DNA of 64,000 bases, taken from assembly GCA_018382125.1 (NCBI GenBank), contig JAGZQO010000005.1, forward strand, positions 11,195-75,194, written 5' to 3'. Source of the stretch: Collinsella sp. Its GTDB lineage: Bacteria; Actinomycetota; Coriobacteriia; Coriobacteriales; Coriobacteriaceae. Positions 43,064 to 51,627 of the stretch are shown here, in pieces. Made by a program: the position numbers and the translations under genes. How positions within the stretch are numbered: the stretch's first letter is position 1; the number at the start of each line of letters is the position of its first letter. The notes beneath the pieces are model-generated. The model was not told the origin of the DNA and searched no databases. It worked only from the letters and a program-made list of their open reading frames with translations.

Positions 43064-43965
43064 CTGGCCTCCTCCCCGTCGCGCCAAAACGCCAACTTTT
43101 CGCGGTTGTCGGCGCTCAAATACACATGTTGCTTGTCAATCGCATCGATCACACGGTGGACCTCGTCACCGTCGCGGCGCATCACGGCCAGGCGCAGGCA
43201 AAGCATCCAAACCTCCTGCTCCTCGGGCACGTCGAGCACCAGCTGGTCGATCACGGCCTGCGCCTCGTCGATCTGTCCGACATCGGCCAGCGCCGTCGCA
43301 TATCGAATGCGCAGCTCAAAGGTGTCCTCGCGCTCGCAGCGACGCGCAAGCAGGCGCGCGTACTGTTGACGCTGAATCTGAGCCACACGCCCCTCGGCCA
43401 AGCCCGAGCCCAAGTATTCACCAAGAAAATCACAGTATTCGTTGAGGTTTTGCGCGCTCGGATCCGTCTTAAAGGCACGCTCCAACTGCTGCAGTTTAAG
43501 GTCGGACTCCTTGGAGATCTGCGCCACCGCCGTCGCGGCATAGTGCGCCACCTCAGCGTCGTCGTTAAGCTTAGCCGCCTGCAGCTGCGCCAGGTACGCG
43601 TCGGGCTCCTCGGTGAGCATGGAGAGCATTAGGCGGCGCCGGTATGCCGGGTCGTTGACGATGAGCGCCTCCTCGAGCGGCACTACGCCTGCATCGTCCT
43701 CACCACTCGGTACCGACATACTACGATGCAGGTCGTCGTTGAAGCGCAGCGACTCCAGCGCAGACTCTTTCAGCCCCTCGCCAAACACCGCGCTGCGGAC
43801 CGATAGCAGAACCACCAGCAACGGGCCCCACAGCGGCACCAGCACTATCACGGCCAGCATGTGCCCGCGCACCGGCAGCAGGCCCAGCTTCATGAGCGTC
43901 CACAGCATCAGGCAAACCAGCGTATGAATCAGCAGCAAGACGGCAGCAACGACAAGCGAGATCAA
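43060..43965 (-). CDS. PelE-like protein (2 TM + helical/TPR region)
   Basis: Two N-terminal TMs, VVPLEEAL, DAEVAHYAA motif, C-terminal TPR-like repeat; operon position. Confidence 0.75.
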   Translation of the reverse strand: MISLVVAAVLLLIHTLVCLMLWTLMKLGLLPVRGHMLAVIVLVPLWGPLLVVLLSVRSAVFGEGLKESALESLRFNDDLHRSMSVPSGEDDAGVVPLEEALIVNDPAYRRRLMLSMLTEEPDAYLAQLQAAKLNDDAEVAHYAATAVAQISKESDLKLQQLERAFKTDPSAQNLNEYCDFLGEYLGSGLAEGRVAQIQRQQYARLLARRCEREDTFELRIRYATALADVGQIDEAQAVIDQLVLDVPEEQEVWMLCLRLAVMRRDGDEVHRVIDAIDKQHVYLSADNREKLAFWRDGEEAR

Positions 43966-46100
43966 GCGGCACCCCCCTCACCGTCACCGGTGTAAGAGAT
44001 GTGCTGCAGCAACGCCACGATGTCCTCGCCATCGACGGGCTCCACCGCAATCCGCTTTGCGCTCAGGCGCTCGCGGATAATGGGCAGATCGCACGCCTTT
44101 GCCTGGCGCATAAGCAGGTAGAGCACGTCGTCGTCGACCAAGCCCGCCGCGTCGCTCTCGCGGATTGCCGACCCAATTGCGCCCACCAGCTCGCCGACAG
44201 GCTCCATGCCCGGTACCACGCGCAGGAGCAAAAAACTCCCCATCTTGCTATCTGCCAGCGCCTGCTCCGCCGCGAGCTCTTGGCCAAAGGCAGCCTGCTT
44301 GAGCACGCAAGTGCCGTCAACGCAGCGTTTATCCTGCGCCACCGCCTCATAGTCAAAGGCACGGCCCAGCGCGCTTTCGACCAGCCCGCACAAGATGCGG
44401 AACAGGTTTTGATAATAGAGGGTCATTTGGTTTTCGGCCGCACTACGCACAAAGATCAACACGGCGGGTGCCCCGTCGCGCTCGATCGTGTATCCAAACA
44501 TGGGAAGCCCCGGCGTCAGCTCGCGGTTCACCCATAGGTTCGAACGACCCCCGTCGCCCAAAAGAGGTGCAAGCTGCTCGAGCGTGAGCGAGCGTGCGGC
44601 ATCTTCGGCAATCGCGGGACTTGCTGCCACCAGGCGTGCAAATGCCCCGCCCGAAACATGGTAGATCGCCACCGAATCGTTCTCGAGGATCTCGCCCAAA
44701 AGCTCGCAGCACTTGCGATAGATGTCGCGCGGGTTGAGTACGTCGAGCTCCTGCGTCACGGCAAAGATCTTGCCAAAGCTGTCGTGGCGACCCACGATCT
44801 GGCGCCTGTACGCGCGCTTGTCCTCGATCGCGTCGTGGTAGAGCTGCGTAAGGAACGTATTGCGGTTGCGCACGAGCTCGTTTTGATCGCGCTCCGCCCT
44901 AATGGCTTCGCTGTTGCGCAGCTGAACATAGCCGCACACGGCACCCACAACAAAGTACGCAATAAACGGCAGCCAGTTGGACGGCTCGTAGAACAGGCCC
45001 TGGAAGGTATAGCCGTACTGAGTAAAGTAGCTCGCGGCCAAACCCACCGACGCCAGCAGCGCCGCAATCAGGCCAAAGTCCAATCCATACAGCGTGCCGA
45101 TCAGCACCACGTAGAGCAGGCGATAATCGAGCACGTTGAGCTGGGCCGATTGGGAGAAAAGATGCTCAAGCACCTCGAACAGGACCCAGGCAACGCCCGT
45201 CTCTAGGCATTTAATAGGCAGCGTGCGCATTTGGATGCGGTCGATGGCGGCGCGCAAGGGGTTGACCTTCTTTGCGCGGCCAGCATCCCAACGCGCTTGA
45301 ATGGTCGAAAGATCGCGCAGCAAGTCGTAGCGCTGAAACCAGCCATAGCGCACGCGAGCGACGTCGCTGGCGGGCAGGGCATAGCCGGCAGAATCGCCAT
45401 AGGCAGCTGAAAGCCCTGGGAACAGCGCCTGAAGAGCCTCGCCCACTTCACCCGCCGTGTGATGGAAGGCATCGGCAACGTCGAGCGTCTCAAAGTTACC
45501 ATCCCAGCTGTCGAAGATACGGCGCACCAGCACCGCAAGCTCCTCGGCATACAGCAGGGGAAACGCCGCATCCTGCGCGCCCTGCAGAGCGACCGATCCA
45601 GTTGAGCACGCATCGAACAACGGCACCAAAAACGGATCTTCCAGCGCGGCGGAGGCAGTGTACAGGAAGGGCACGCGCAGGATCTTGGTCTGAACGCCAT
45701 CGCGAGCAGCGTAGTAGCGGCACAGGTCGTTGGCTGCGTGCGCGATAATGCCCTTGCCCGTTCGTCCCGCGGCATCGGCGGCACCCTCGGCACCCGCGGG
45801 CCCCGCTACATACAGCAGTTGTACGCGGCGACCCGCGCACGCACGAAAGACCGAACGCAGCAGCTCGATATCGCCCACGATATCGGTATGCGGGGTAAGG
45901 TAATTGGATAGGTAGACCACGCGGTCGAACTCGTAGGCCTGATCCAGGTGTTGCAGAAGCTCTTTCCACGAGGCATGGGGCGATGACTCGTCGCGGCGCG
46001 CTTCCGCGGCAGCGACGACCTGGACATGGTCCCCGGGGAACGCCTTGGCACAAAAGTCATCGTCAACATATGCGGTGTTGCCAACAACCAGCACCTCCAT
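43962..46100 (-). CDS. Gram-positive PelD-like protein (degenerate SDR + TM + GAF + degenerate GGDEF with RxxD)
   Basis: Rossmann-like N-terminus, 3-4 TMs, GAF-like region, C-terminal IRESD I-site; first gene of the pel operon. Confidence 0.8.
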   Translation of the reverse strand: MEVLVVGNTAYVDDDFCAKAFPGDHVQVVAAAEARRDESSPHASWKELLQHLDQAYEFDRVVYLSNYLTPHTDIVGDIELLRSVFRACAGRRVQLLYVAGPAGAEGAADAAGRTGKGIIAHAANDLCRYYAARDGVQTKILRVPFLYTASAALEDPFLVPLFDACSTGSVALQGAQDAAFPLLYAEELAVLVRRIFDSWDGNFETLDVADAFHHTAGEVGEALQALFPGLSAAYGDSAGYALPASDVARVRYGWFQRYDLLRDLSTIQARWDAGRAKKVNPLRAAIDRIQMRTLPIKCLETGVAWVLFEVLEHLFSQSAQLNVLDYRLLYVVLIGTLYGLDFGLIAALLASVGLAASYFTQYGYTFQGLFYEPSNWLPFIAYFVVGAVCGYVQLRNSEAIRAERDQNELVRNRNTFLTQLYHDAIEDKRAYRRQIVGRHDSFGKIFAVTQELDVLNPRDIYRKCCELLGEILENDSVAIYHVSGGAFARLVAASPAIAEDAARSLTLEQLAPLLGDGGRSNLWVNRELTPGLPMFGYTIERDGAPAVLIFVRSAAENQMTLYYQNLFRILCGLVESALGRAFDYEAVAQDKRCVDGTCVLKQAAFGQELAAEQALADSKMGSFLLLRVVPGMEPVGELVGAIGSAIRESDAAGLVDDDVLYLLMRQAKACDLPIIRERLSAKRIAVEPVDGEDIVALLQHISYTGDGEGGAA

Positions 46101-46255
46101 GGCGTACCCCTCCCCTAAAATCCACTTTAGTCATAGTCAAACATGCGTATTTTACGCTGTCAACGCGAGCTGGGGCGCCTTTAAGGCTGTTTTAAGAACT
46201 TTTCTAGGGAATGTGGGAGTGGCAACTCGTCCGACCCAGGCTCATTGAAAGGCTG

Positions 46256-46642
46256 CTATTCGCTCTGAAATGGCACATCGCAATCTGCTGACAGCTCTGC
46301 AGGGAGAATGGCAGGCAATGTACATTGCTCTCGCACAGAATAGTTGGATGGAAGAAACGGCAGTTCTTTGGAATAGCTGACGATAACCTGCGGAACGATC
46401 TTAATGCCCAGAGCAAGTTCGAACTTTGCAATCGTCTTTAGAGTCATATTAGGTTGAGAATTCAAGAGCTTAGAAAGCGACTGAAGGCTTATGCCCATAC
46501 GATTTGCCAGCTCACTTTTGCTCAATCCCAAACGTTTCATTTCGCGATGAACAATAAACTCAATATCTAGTGCATGTTCACAAGCGCGCGTTTCGCTACT
46601 TTCTGTTTCGGCATAAAAATCAGATAAATCTACTTTATTCAT
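46256..46642 (-). CDS. XRE/HigA-like HTH protein (antitoxin-like)
   Basis: LSKSELANRMGISLQSLSKLLN..NMTLKTIAKFELAL HTH_3 pattern. Confidence 0.8.
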   Translation of the reverse strand: MNKVDLSDFYAETESSETRACEHALDIEFIVHREMKRLGLSKSELANRMGISLQSLSKLLNSQPNMTLKTIAKFELALGIKIVPQVIVSYSKELPFLPSNYSVREQCTLPAILPAELSADCDVPFQSE

Positions 46643-46856
46643 TGTATTCTCCGTTTCAGAAACCAGGCATAAAAGTCAGCGCCCAGGCTCCAGAAGCTGA
46701 CGCGCTATTCTGGCCGATCATTGTTTGAGCGGTTAATTTCCGCTCATGGTCTGACAACATTTTCTGGAATTGAGAGTTATCGGGAGAAGCCGTCAATTCC
46801 CAAAACGGTCGACCCTTGAGGTCTCTATATTCGACAAGTTCATATCCTTCTGCCAA
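46639..46856 (-). pseudogene. Probable decayed toxin gene of a toxin-first TA pair
   Basis: GGAGGT RBS + TTG start gives MAEGYELVEYRDLKGRPFWEL...; a second frame (RVSFWSLGADFYAWFLKRRIQ*) ends in ATGA overlap with the HTH gene. Confidence 0.4.
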
Positions 46857-46875
46857 AGGGCACCTCCCATTTCTA

Positions 46876-46905
46876 GATGAACTTAACTTATAGGTTAAGT
46901 TCATC
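46876..46905. promoter_or_regulatory. 30-bp palindromic operator upstream of the TA-like pair
   Basis: GATGAACTTAAC-TTATAG-GTTAAGTTCATC (perfect 12-bp arms). Confidence 0.75.
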
Positions 46906-47770
46906 CATTTAAATACATATAACGAGGTCCAGACAAGATTCCTCTGCCCCAATCGATAAACAAACCAGTCGAGCTTATGCAAAATCCGGAAGTGTGTGGC
47001 AAATTCTAGACACGTCAACCACACTGGATAGTGACAAAGTTTCTACCTGCGAGTTCTTTTCATAAAAAGGACGATGTGCTCGAGGGTTCCGAAATTTGCC
47101 GCATACTTCCGTCGGTCATTTCCGGAAGTGCGGTAAAAAACCGAGATCGACAGACCAGACCCCTGTTTTAGCTTTCCGCGACCTGCGGTTTTGTTGCCGA
47201 AATTCGGTTTATGCTCGGAGGTTTCCGATTTTTTCCCCGCACTTCCGAAAAGCACGCTTAAACCGCGCGTCCCGAAGCGGAAAACCGCCGGATATTTGTT
47301 TCTCCCCAAATGAGATCCTTGTTTCGCCTGGCCGAATCTTACATCCAAACAAAAAAAGAGGACCGACGCATCAGCCCTCTTCAGGTGTCGCCCGAAGGCT
47401 TCCAGCGCAATTGATTTAATTCTAATCGATATCACTTGTTTGACCACGATCACGTCAACCAGTAGAAGCCGCCCATGCTCGATCATTCCATTGCCGGGAT
47501 GGTGCTTGGCCAGTACGTCACACATTGCATACATGAAAAAAGGGCAACACTCTCAGTTTGAAAGCGTCACCCTTAAAGTTCCCAAAGAGCTTTTGTACTG
47601 CGGGAAGATACTCTACACCATCTTCCCTTGATTGGCAGGTCGAAACAGACACCATTGTGATTTCAAGCAGAAAGCGTTATATTAAGAATGCATTTGCACG
47701 TGGTGTTCGCACTATACGCTCAGATGCCATAGTTTACAAAGATGGCCTTCTTCATAGACGCTAGGTGGGA

Positions 47771-49366
47771 TTACTCACTAGTAGCCGATATGTCGAAGGC
47801 CTTCTTGTACTTAAGGAAATCATACATTCTAATAAGCCGTTTCAGCTCGCTATTACCGTGGATTATCTTACGATCATCCGTGATGAGCGCCCTCAGATAC
47901 TCGAGCAACTCATTTAAATCGAGCTCATCCTCCTCAAGTAAAACTAACTTTTTAAATGCTTCCTCAAAGCCTTCGTTAGCTATAACAGACTTAACCGAGT
48001 ATCTAATTCCCGAAAGATGATAGCTACCTTTTGCCTTTCGTAGGCTGTTGTTTAGAAAAGCATCTAAATCCTTCTTCTCATCTATTTCCTTTAGCATCCT
48101 TGGATTAAGAACTTCCCCTGAATACGCGCTTAAATACTTATACATGGGCAAACCACCCGAGTTAGAAGCAAGCAGCGCAGGAAGATATTCCTCGACGGCA
48201 AGTTTGGGAGCGACATGTTCATCATCAAACACGACATCGCGATATAAAAGCTCGGCTTTGACCATATGACCGTGGCCCAAAGATGCATTTGCGACACCGA
48301 TGCCCAGCACAAGATGCTGTCCCTCCGGAAGTCTCTCGAGGTCGCTAAAACTCGCTTCGACTACCAGAGAATCATTTGGCTCGCCCTTATCTGCCAGGGC
48401 GTAGATACTCCTGCGCAACTCACGAATGATCCTGGGCGAGAAGGAGCATTTGGAATGTCCAATTGCTTCATACACTGCGCCAAAATCATTCGTCCTAATC
48501 GCGGTCATGCTTATCTCGCCAATACCCGGAAATGTAATCGAATGTGTCGAGGTTGCGTTTTCGCCCCTAGTTAGGAAAATAAAACGCTCTTTGAGCAATA
48601 CAAGATTATTTGAACCGAGGCAGCGCGAAATCGACATGAGGATAGCTTGGATATCGGGGTCGTTAAGGGAATAGCCGATAAAAATAATTGGGTATTCCAT
48701 AAAAATAGTTAGCAACTTGGCTGCCAAGTAATCCTGGGTTTCGGCGAGTTTTGCGTAATCTGCCTCCTCAAGAACCATAGATTCAGGATTATCCATAGAC
48801 CCGTGGATCTTATAGATTTCACCCATTTCAAAAGTTCTGTGAAAGACAAGATCGTCCTGGCCTACAAAAACTTTAAACTCGGGAAACAGCGACTCCAGTA
48901 GACAGTCATAGTTGGTTGTAATGACTCCAGAAATACGCCGCCTGCCGACCTCTCTCAAGATATCAAGTTCATGCGTCATATGGTCAGGTTTGAACGAGGA
49001 TAACCTCTCGGCCGCCATAATCTTTAAAACAGATTTGCGCTGACGAATGTCCTCTGCATGATCGTCTCTAAAAGAAGCGAAGCGAGGGTCCTCAAGAACA
49101 GCTATGCGCATATCCTTATCAAGCATCGTCGCGGCAGAGGGCAAAGCACCATAATCAGGATTATCTGGACAGCGAGCAAGGTAGGAATCGAGTCGAAAAG
49201 GATCATCAGAAAGACGGGAGCAGAGGTGCCTTAACAAGCCGTCCCAATCGTCGGTCCCCATATATCTACGGGAAAACCCCGAGCCAACGAATAAATAGGG
49301 GCTACGGCCCACCCCATTTATCAGACGGACAACGCTGTCTACAATGTCATCTCTTCCGACTTCCAT
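47771..49366 (-). CDS. SIR2-like (SIR2_2) domain protein, putative defence NADase
   Basis: LFVGSGFS, ITTNYD, KIHGS, FIGYSLND motifs; about 230-aa uncharacterised C-terminal region. Confidence 0.88.
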   Translation of the reverse strand: MEVGRDDIVDSVVRLINGVGRSPYLFVGSGFSRRYMGTDDWDGLLRHLCSRLSDDPFRLDSYLARCPDNPDYGALPSAATMLDKDMRIAVLEDPRFASFRDDHAEDIRQRKSVLKIMAAERLSSFKPDHMTHELDILREVGRRRISGVITTNYDCLLESLFPEFKVFVGQDDLVFHRTFEMGEIYKIHGSMDNPESMVLEEADYAKLAETQDYLAAKLLTIFMEYPIIFIGYSLNDPDIQAILMSISRCLGSNNLVLLKERFIFLTRGENATSTHSITFPGIGEISMTAIRTNDFGAVYEAIGHSKCSFSPRIIRELRRSIYALADKGEPNDSLVVEASFSDLERLPEGQHLVLGIGVANASLGHGHMVKAELLYRDVVFDDEHVAPKLAVEEYLPALLASNSGGLPMYKYLSAYSGEVLNPRMLKEIDEKKDLDAFLNNSLRKAKGSYHLSGIRYSVKSVIANEGFEEAFKKLVLLEEDELDLNELLEYLRALITDDRKIIHGNSELKRLIRMYDFLKYKKAFDISATSE

Positions 49367-49401
49367 CTAACGCCTCCAAACAAGTCTACTTCCATAAGTA
49401 T

Positions 49402-49415
49402 AGAACATATGTTTG
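49402..49415. promoter_or_regulatory. LexA/SOS-box-like site in the SIR2 gene promoter
   Basis: AGAACATATGTTTG (GAAC-N4-GTTY) directly abutting a minus-strand TATACT -10 box. Confidence 0.55.
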
Positions 49416-49814
49416 ATTATTGCTAGAATTGCAAGACTTCATCGAAGACAAAAGCTGCTCGACAATTGAAAATTCGAACCGCACAGGTGACCCAATATTC
49501 AGCAGTGCTCCGACGAGCAAATATTCATTTCGCATCTCAGACAATCTAGCACAGCGGCATCAGTTAGAACGCCATGACTCTCTAGGAGTTCGATAAGTTG
49601 AGCGAAAGTCTAAAAATCTATCGCCAAAGTAACTCCTAAAATCAAAGAGCCGTTGCCGGCAACAACCGAACAACGACCCTCCTTTGTCATCGCCTCACTT
49701 AGAGTCAACGATGACTGTATCACTATCGACATAGTAACCTGTTTTCGTCGCTATTGCGGAGCATGCAGAACTACATTCAATGTCCGGGCAAATCGATTGG
49801 CCTGATTCGGCACG

Positions 49815-50786
49815 TCAGTCATTATTCTCCCCATCAACAAAATCAGCAAAGGTCAGCTGTTCACATCTTTTCATCGGACGGTAATCTCTAACTTTAGTTA
49901 TATGGCATGCGGCGGTTCGGACTTTTTGCGTCCTCAAATTAATGACCTCTTTAATGGTCATATCGACACGCATTAGGTCGCCACTATTTAAACGATACTC
50001 ACCATCTCGCACGCGTTCGAGAAAATCACGGTCGTCTATTTGAACCTTATTGTATGTTCGTTGCTCGTCCTCGTAGCCCGACTCAAATGTATATCCGGAA
50101 ACATCTCCACCGTAGGAACCAAATAACGGTCGAACCCAGATATTGTGGGACGAATACTCAACCGTCTCTTCTTGCGTTGCCTTTAAAGCTTCTTCTTTAT
50201 AGCTGTCAAAATAAGTCGCCTCGCTTGAAGAAAAAGAAATAGCATCCTCTGAAGCCTTACTACCGGCAATCTTAATCTCAATCTCCCTCGAAGGCCTCTT
50301 GAAAGATTTCATCGGACCAGTGATGACCTTAGAAAATTTCTCAGCGATTTCTGGGGACTGGACTAGCGCGTGGATCTCAACAGGAACAACGACTGCGTCC
50401 GAGCCCTCTCCATATACGAAAGTTCCATTGTCAGTTGGCTTATATTTAGAGATATGTCCTTTAACTTTTTTAATTATGTGCGCTATAGCAAATAGAACCT
50501 CCACAAGACCGCCGGCATTATTAATTGCAGATATAGCGTCACTGTTTAACGCGTCAATCAATCCGGGCACACAATGGATCACGAATTCCGTAATAAAAGA
50601 GCCTTCTTTAAATGGGCGCACTTTTATAGACGTATTTTCTAAGGTGCCCGACTCTTTTGCGACCTCTTTTATCAGTCCGTCAAATTGGCTTAGGAACTTA
50701 GAAAGGTCCTTGGCGTCCAGGCCTTCTTCGGGATCTACATCGACAAAGCGATATACGAGCGTTTGATTTTTTGTAGAAGTGTCCAT
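49815..50786 (-). CDS. Hypothetical protein (N-terminal KEGSF motif, C-terminal OB-fold-like beta domain)
   Basis: 323-aa ORF with GAGG RBS; fold assignment is inference from residue pattern. Confidence 0.7.
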   Translation of the reverse strand: MDTSTKNQTLVYRFVDVDPEEGLDAKDLSKFLSQFDGLIKEVAKESGTLENTSIKVRPFKEGSFITEFVIHCVPGLIDALNSDAISAINNAGGLVEVLFAIAHIIKKVKGHISKYKPTDNGTFVYGEGSDAVVVPVEIHALVQSPEIAEKFSKVITGPMKSFKRPSREIEIKIAGSKASEDAISFSSSEATYFDSYKEEALKATQEETVEYSSHNIWVRPLFGSYGGDVSGYTFESGYEDEQRTYNKVQIDDRDFLERVRDGEYRLNSGDLMRVDMTIKEVINLRTQKVRTAACHITKVRDYRPMKRCEQLTFADFVDGENND

Positions 50787-50818
50787 GTTGTCCTCATACC
50801 CTTATAAGATCATGGGTC

Positions 50819-51466
50819 CTATTTCCTGCGACCGAAGCGTTTTATTCGAAAGCGATCGAGCGCAAAATTAAACGAAATAATAAAAACCAACGTAAACGTA
50901 TAGATAACAAATTGATATATTTCAGATACCGAATCAGGCAAATAGACCGCACAGAACGCTTCCGCGACAAGCACGGTAAGAAGCGTACACAACCCGATAA
51001 ATACCATTCTTCCCACATCAATGCGAAAGACATTCCGATACTTCCAAAGCAGAAAAACTGCAACACAATAGATAGCAAGAAGTGAGATTAAGCCTGGCAT
51101 TAGATTCCAACAAAATAGAGAAAGAGCAACGGGAAACGTCCAAATGGCATTCCCCGACGCACCTGAATCCATAAACGTATAGCCTTTATCCCTCATTCCG
51201 TTTCTCTCCACGACAAGCTGGAGATAACTTCTCAATATCCATCCTGAAAATGATGCAAAATAGATAATGAACAATCGGTCGACAGACCACAAGGAATTAT
51301 CCCCAAAGGCAAGCGTAAGGATGCGCGAGGCGACCGGAAGGGCCGCAGAGGTTAAAACCGTGATCAGGACATCGGAGGTTTCAAACCCACCATCCCTGCC
51401 CTCTCGGGACTTGTTAACCATCAATCTCCCAACACAAATAGAAATCAGCATAAGCTCAAGCACCAT
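50819..51466 (-). CDS. Hypothetical multi-pass membrane protein
   Basis: About 6 hydrophobic segments in 215 aa. Confidence 0.65.
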   Translation of the reverse strand: MVLELMLISICVGRLMVNKSREGRDGGFETSDVLITVLTSAALPVASRILTLAFGDNSLWSVDRLFIIYFASFSGWILRSYLQLVVERNGMRDKGYTFMDSGASGNAIWTFPVALSLFCWNLMPGLISLLAIYCVAVFLLWKYRNVFRIDVGRMVFIGLCTLLTVLVAEAFCAVYLPDSVSEIYQFVIYTFTLVFIISFNFALDRFRIKRFGRRK

Positions 51467-51627
51467 ACCACTTCACTGCGTATGGAAAATAGCAGGTCTA
51501 GGCATTGTTAAACACTTAAAGGGTAAAACCTACGGATGAAAGTTAGACAAGAAGAAACCCTTCGATCCTATTTACAGAACGAATAAGACCGAAACGAAAC
51601 CCCGCCCACAGAAAGAAGGCACTCACC

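Noticed and set aside
46100..46256. c-di-GMP riboswitch upstream of pelD
   Set aside because: No GEMM-I or class II consensus visible
47043..47764. ORFs 47043-47534, 47096-47419, 47440-47631, 47558-47764
   Set aside because: No RBS or motif support; they overlap inverted repeats and terminator-like hairpins
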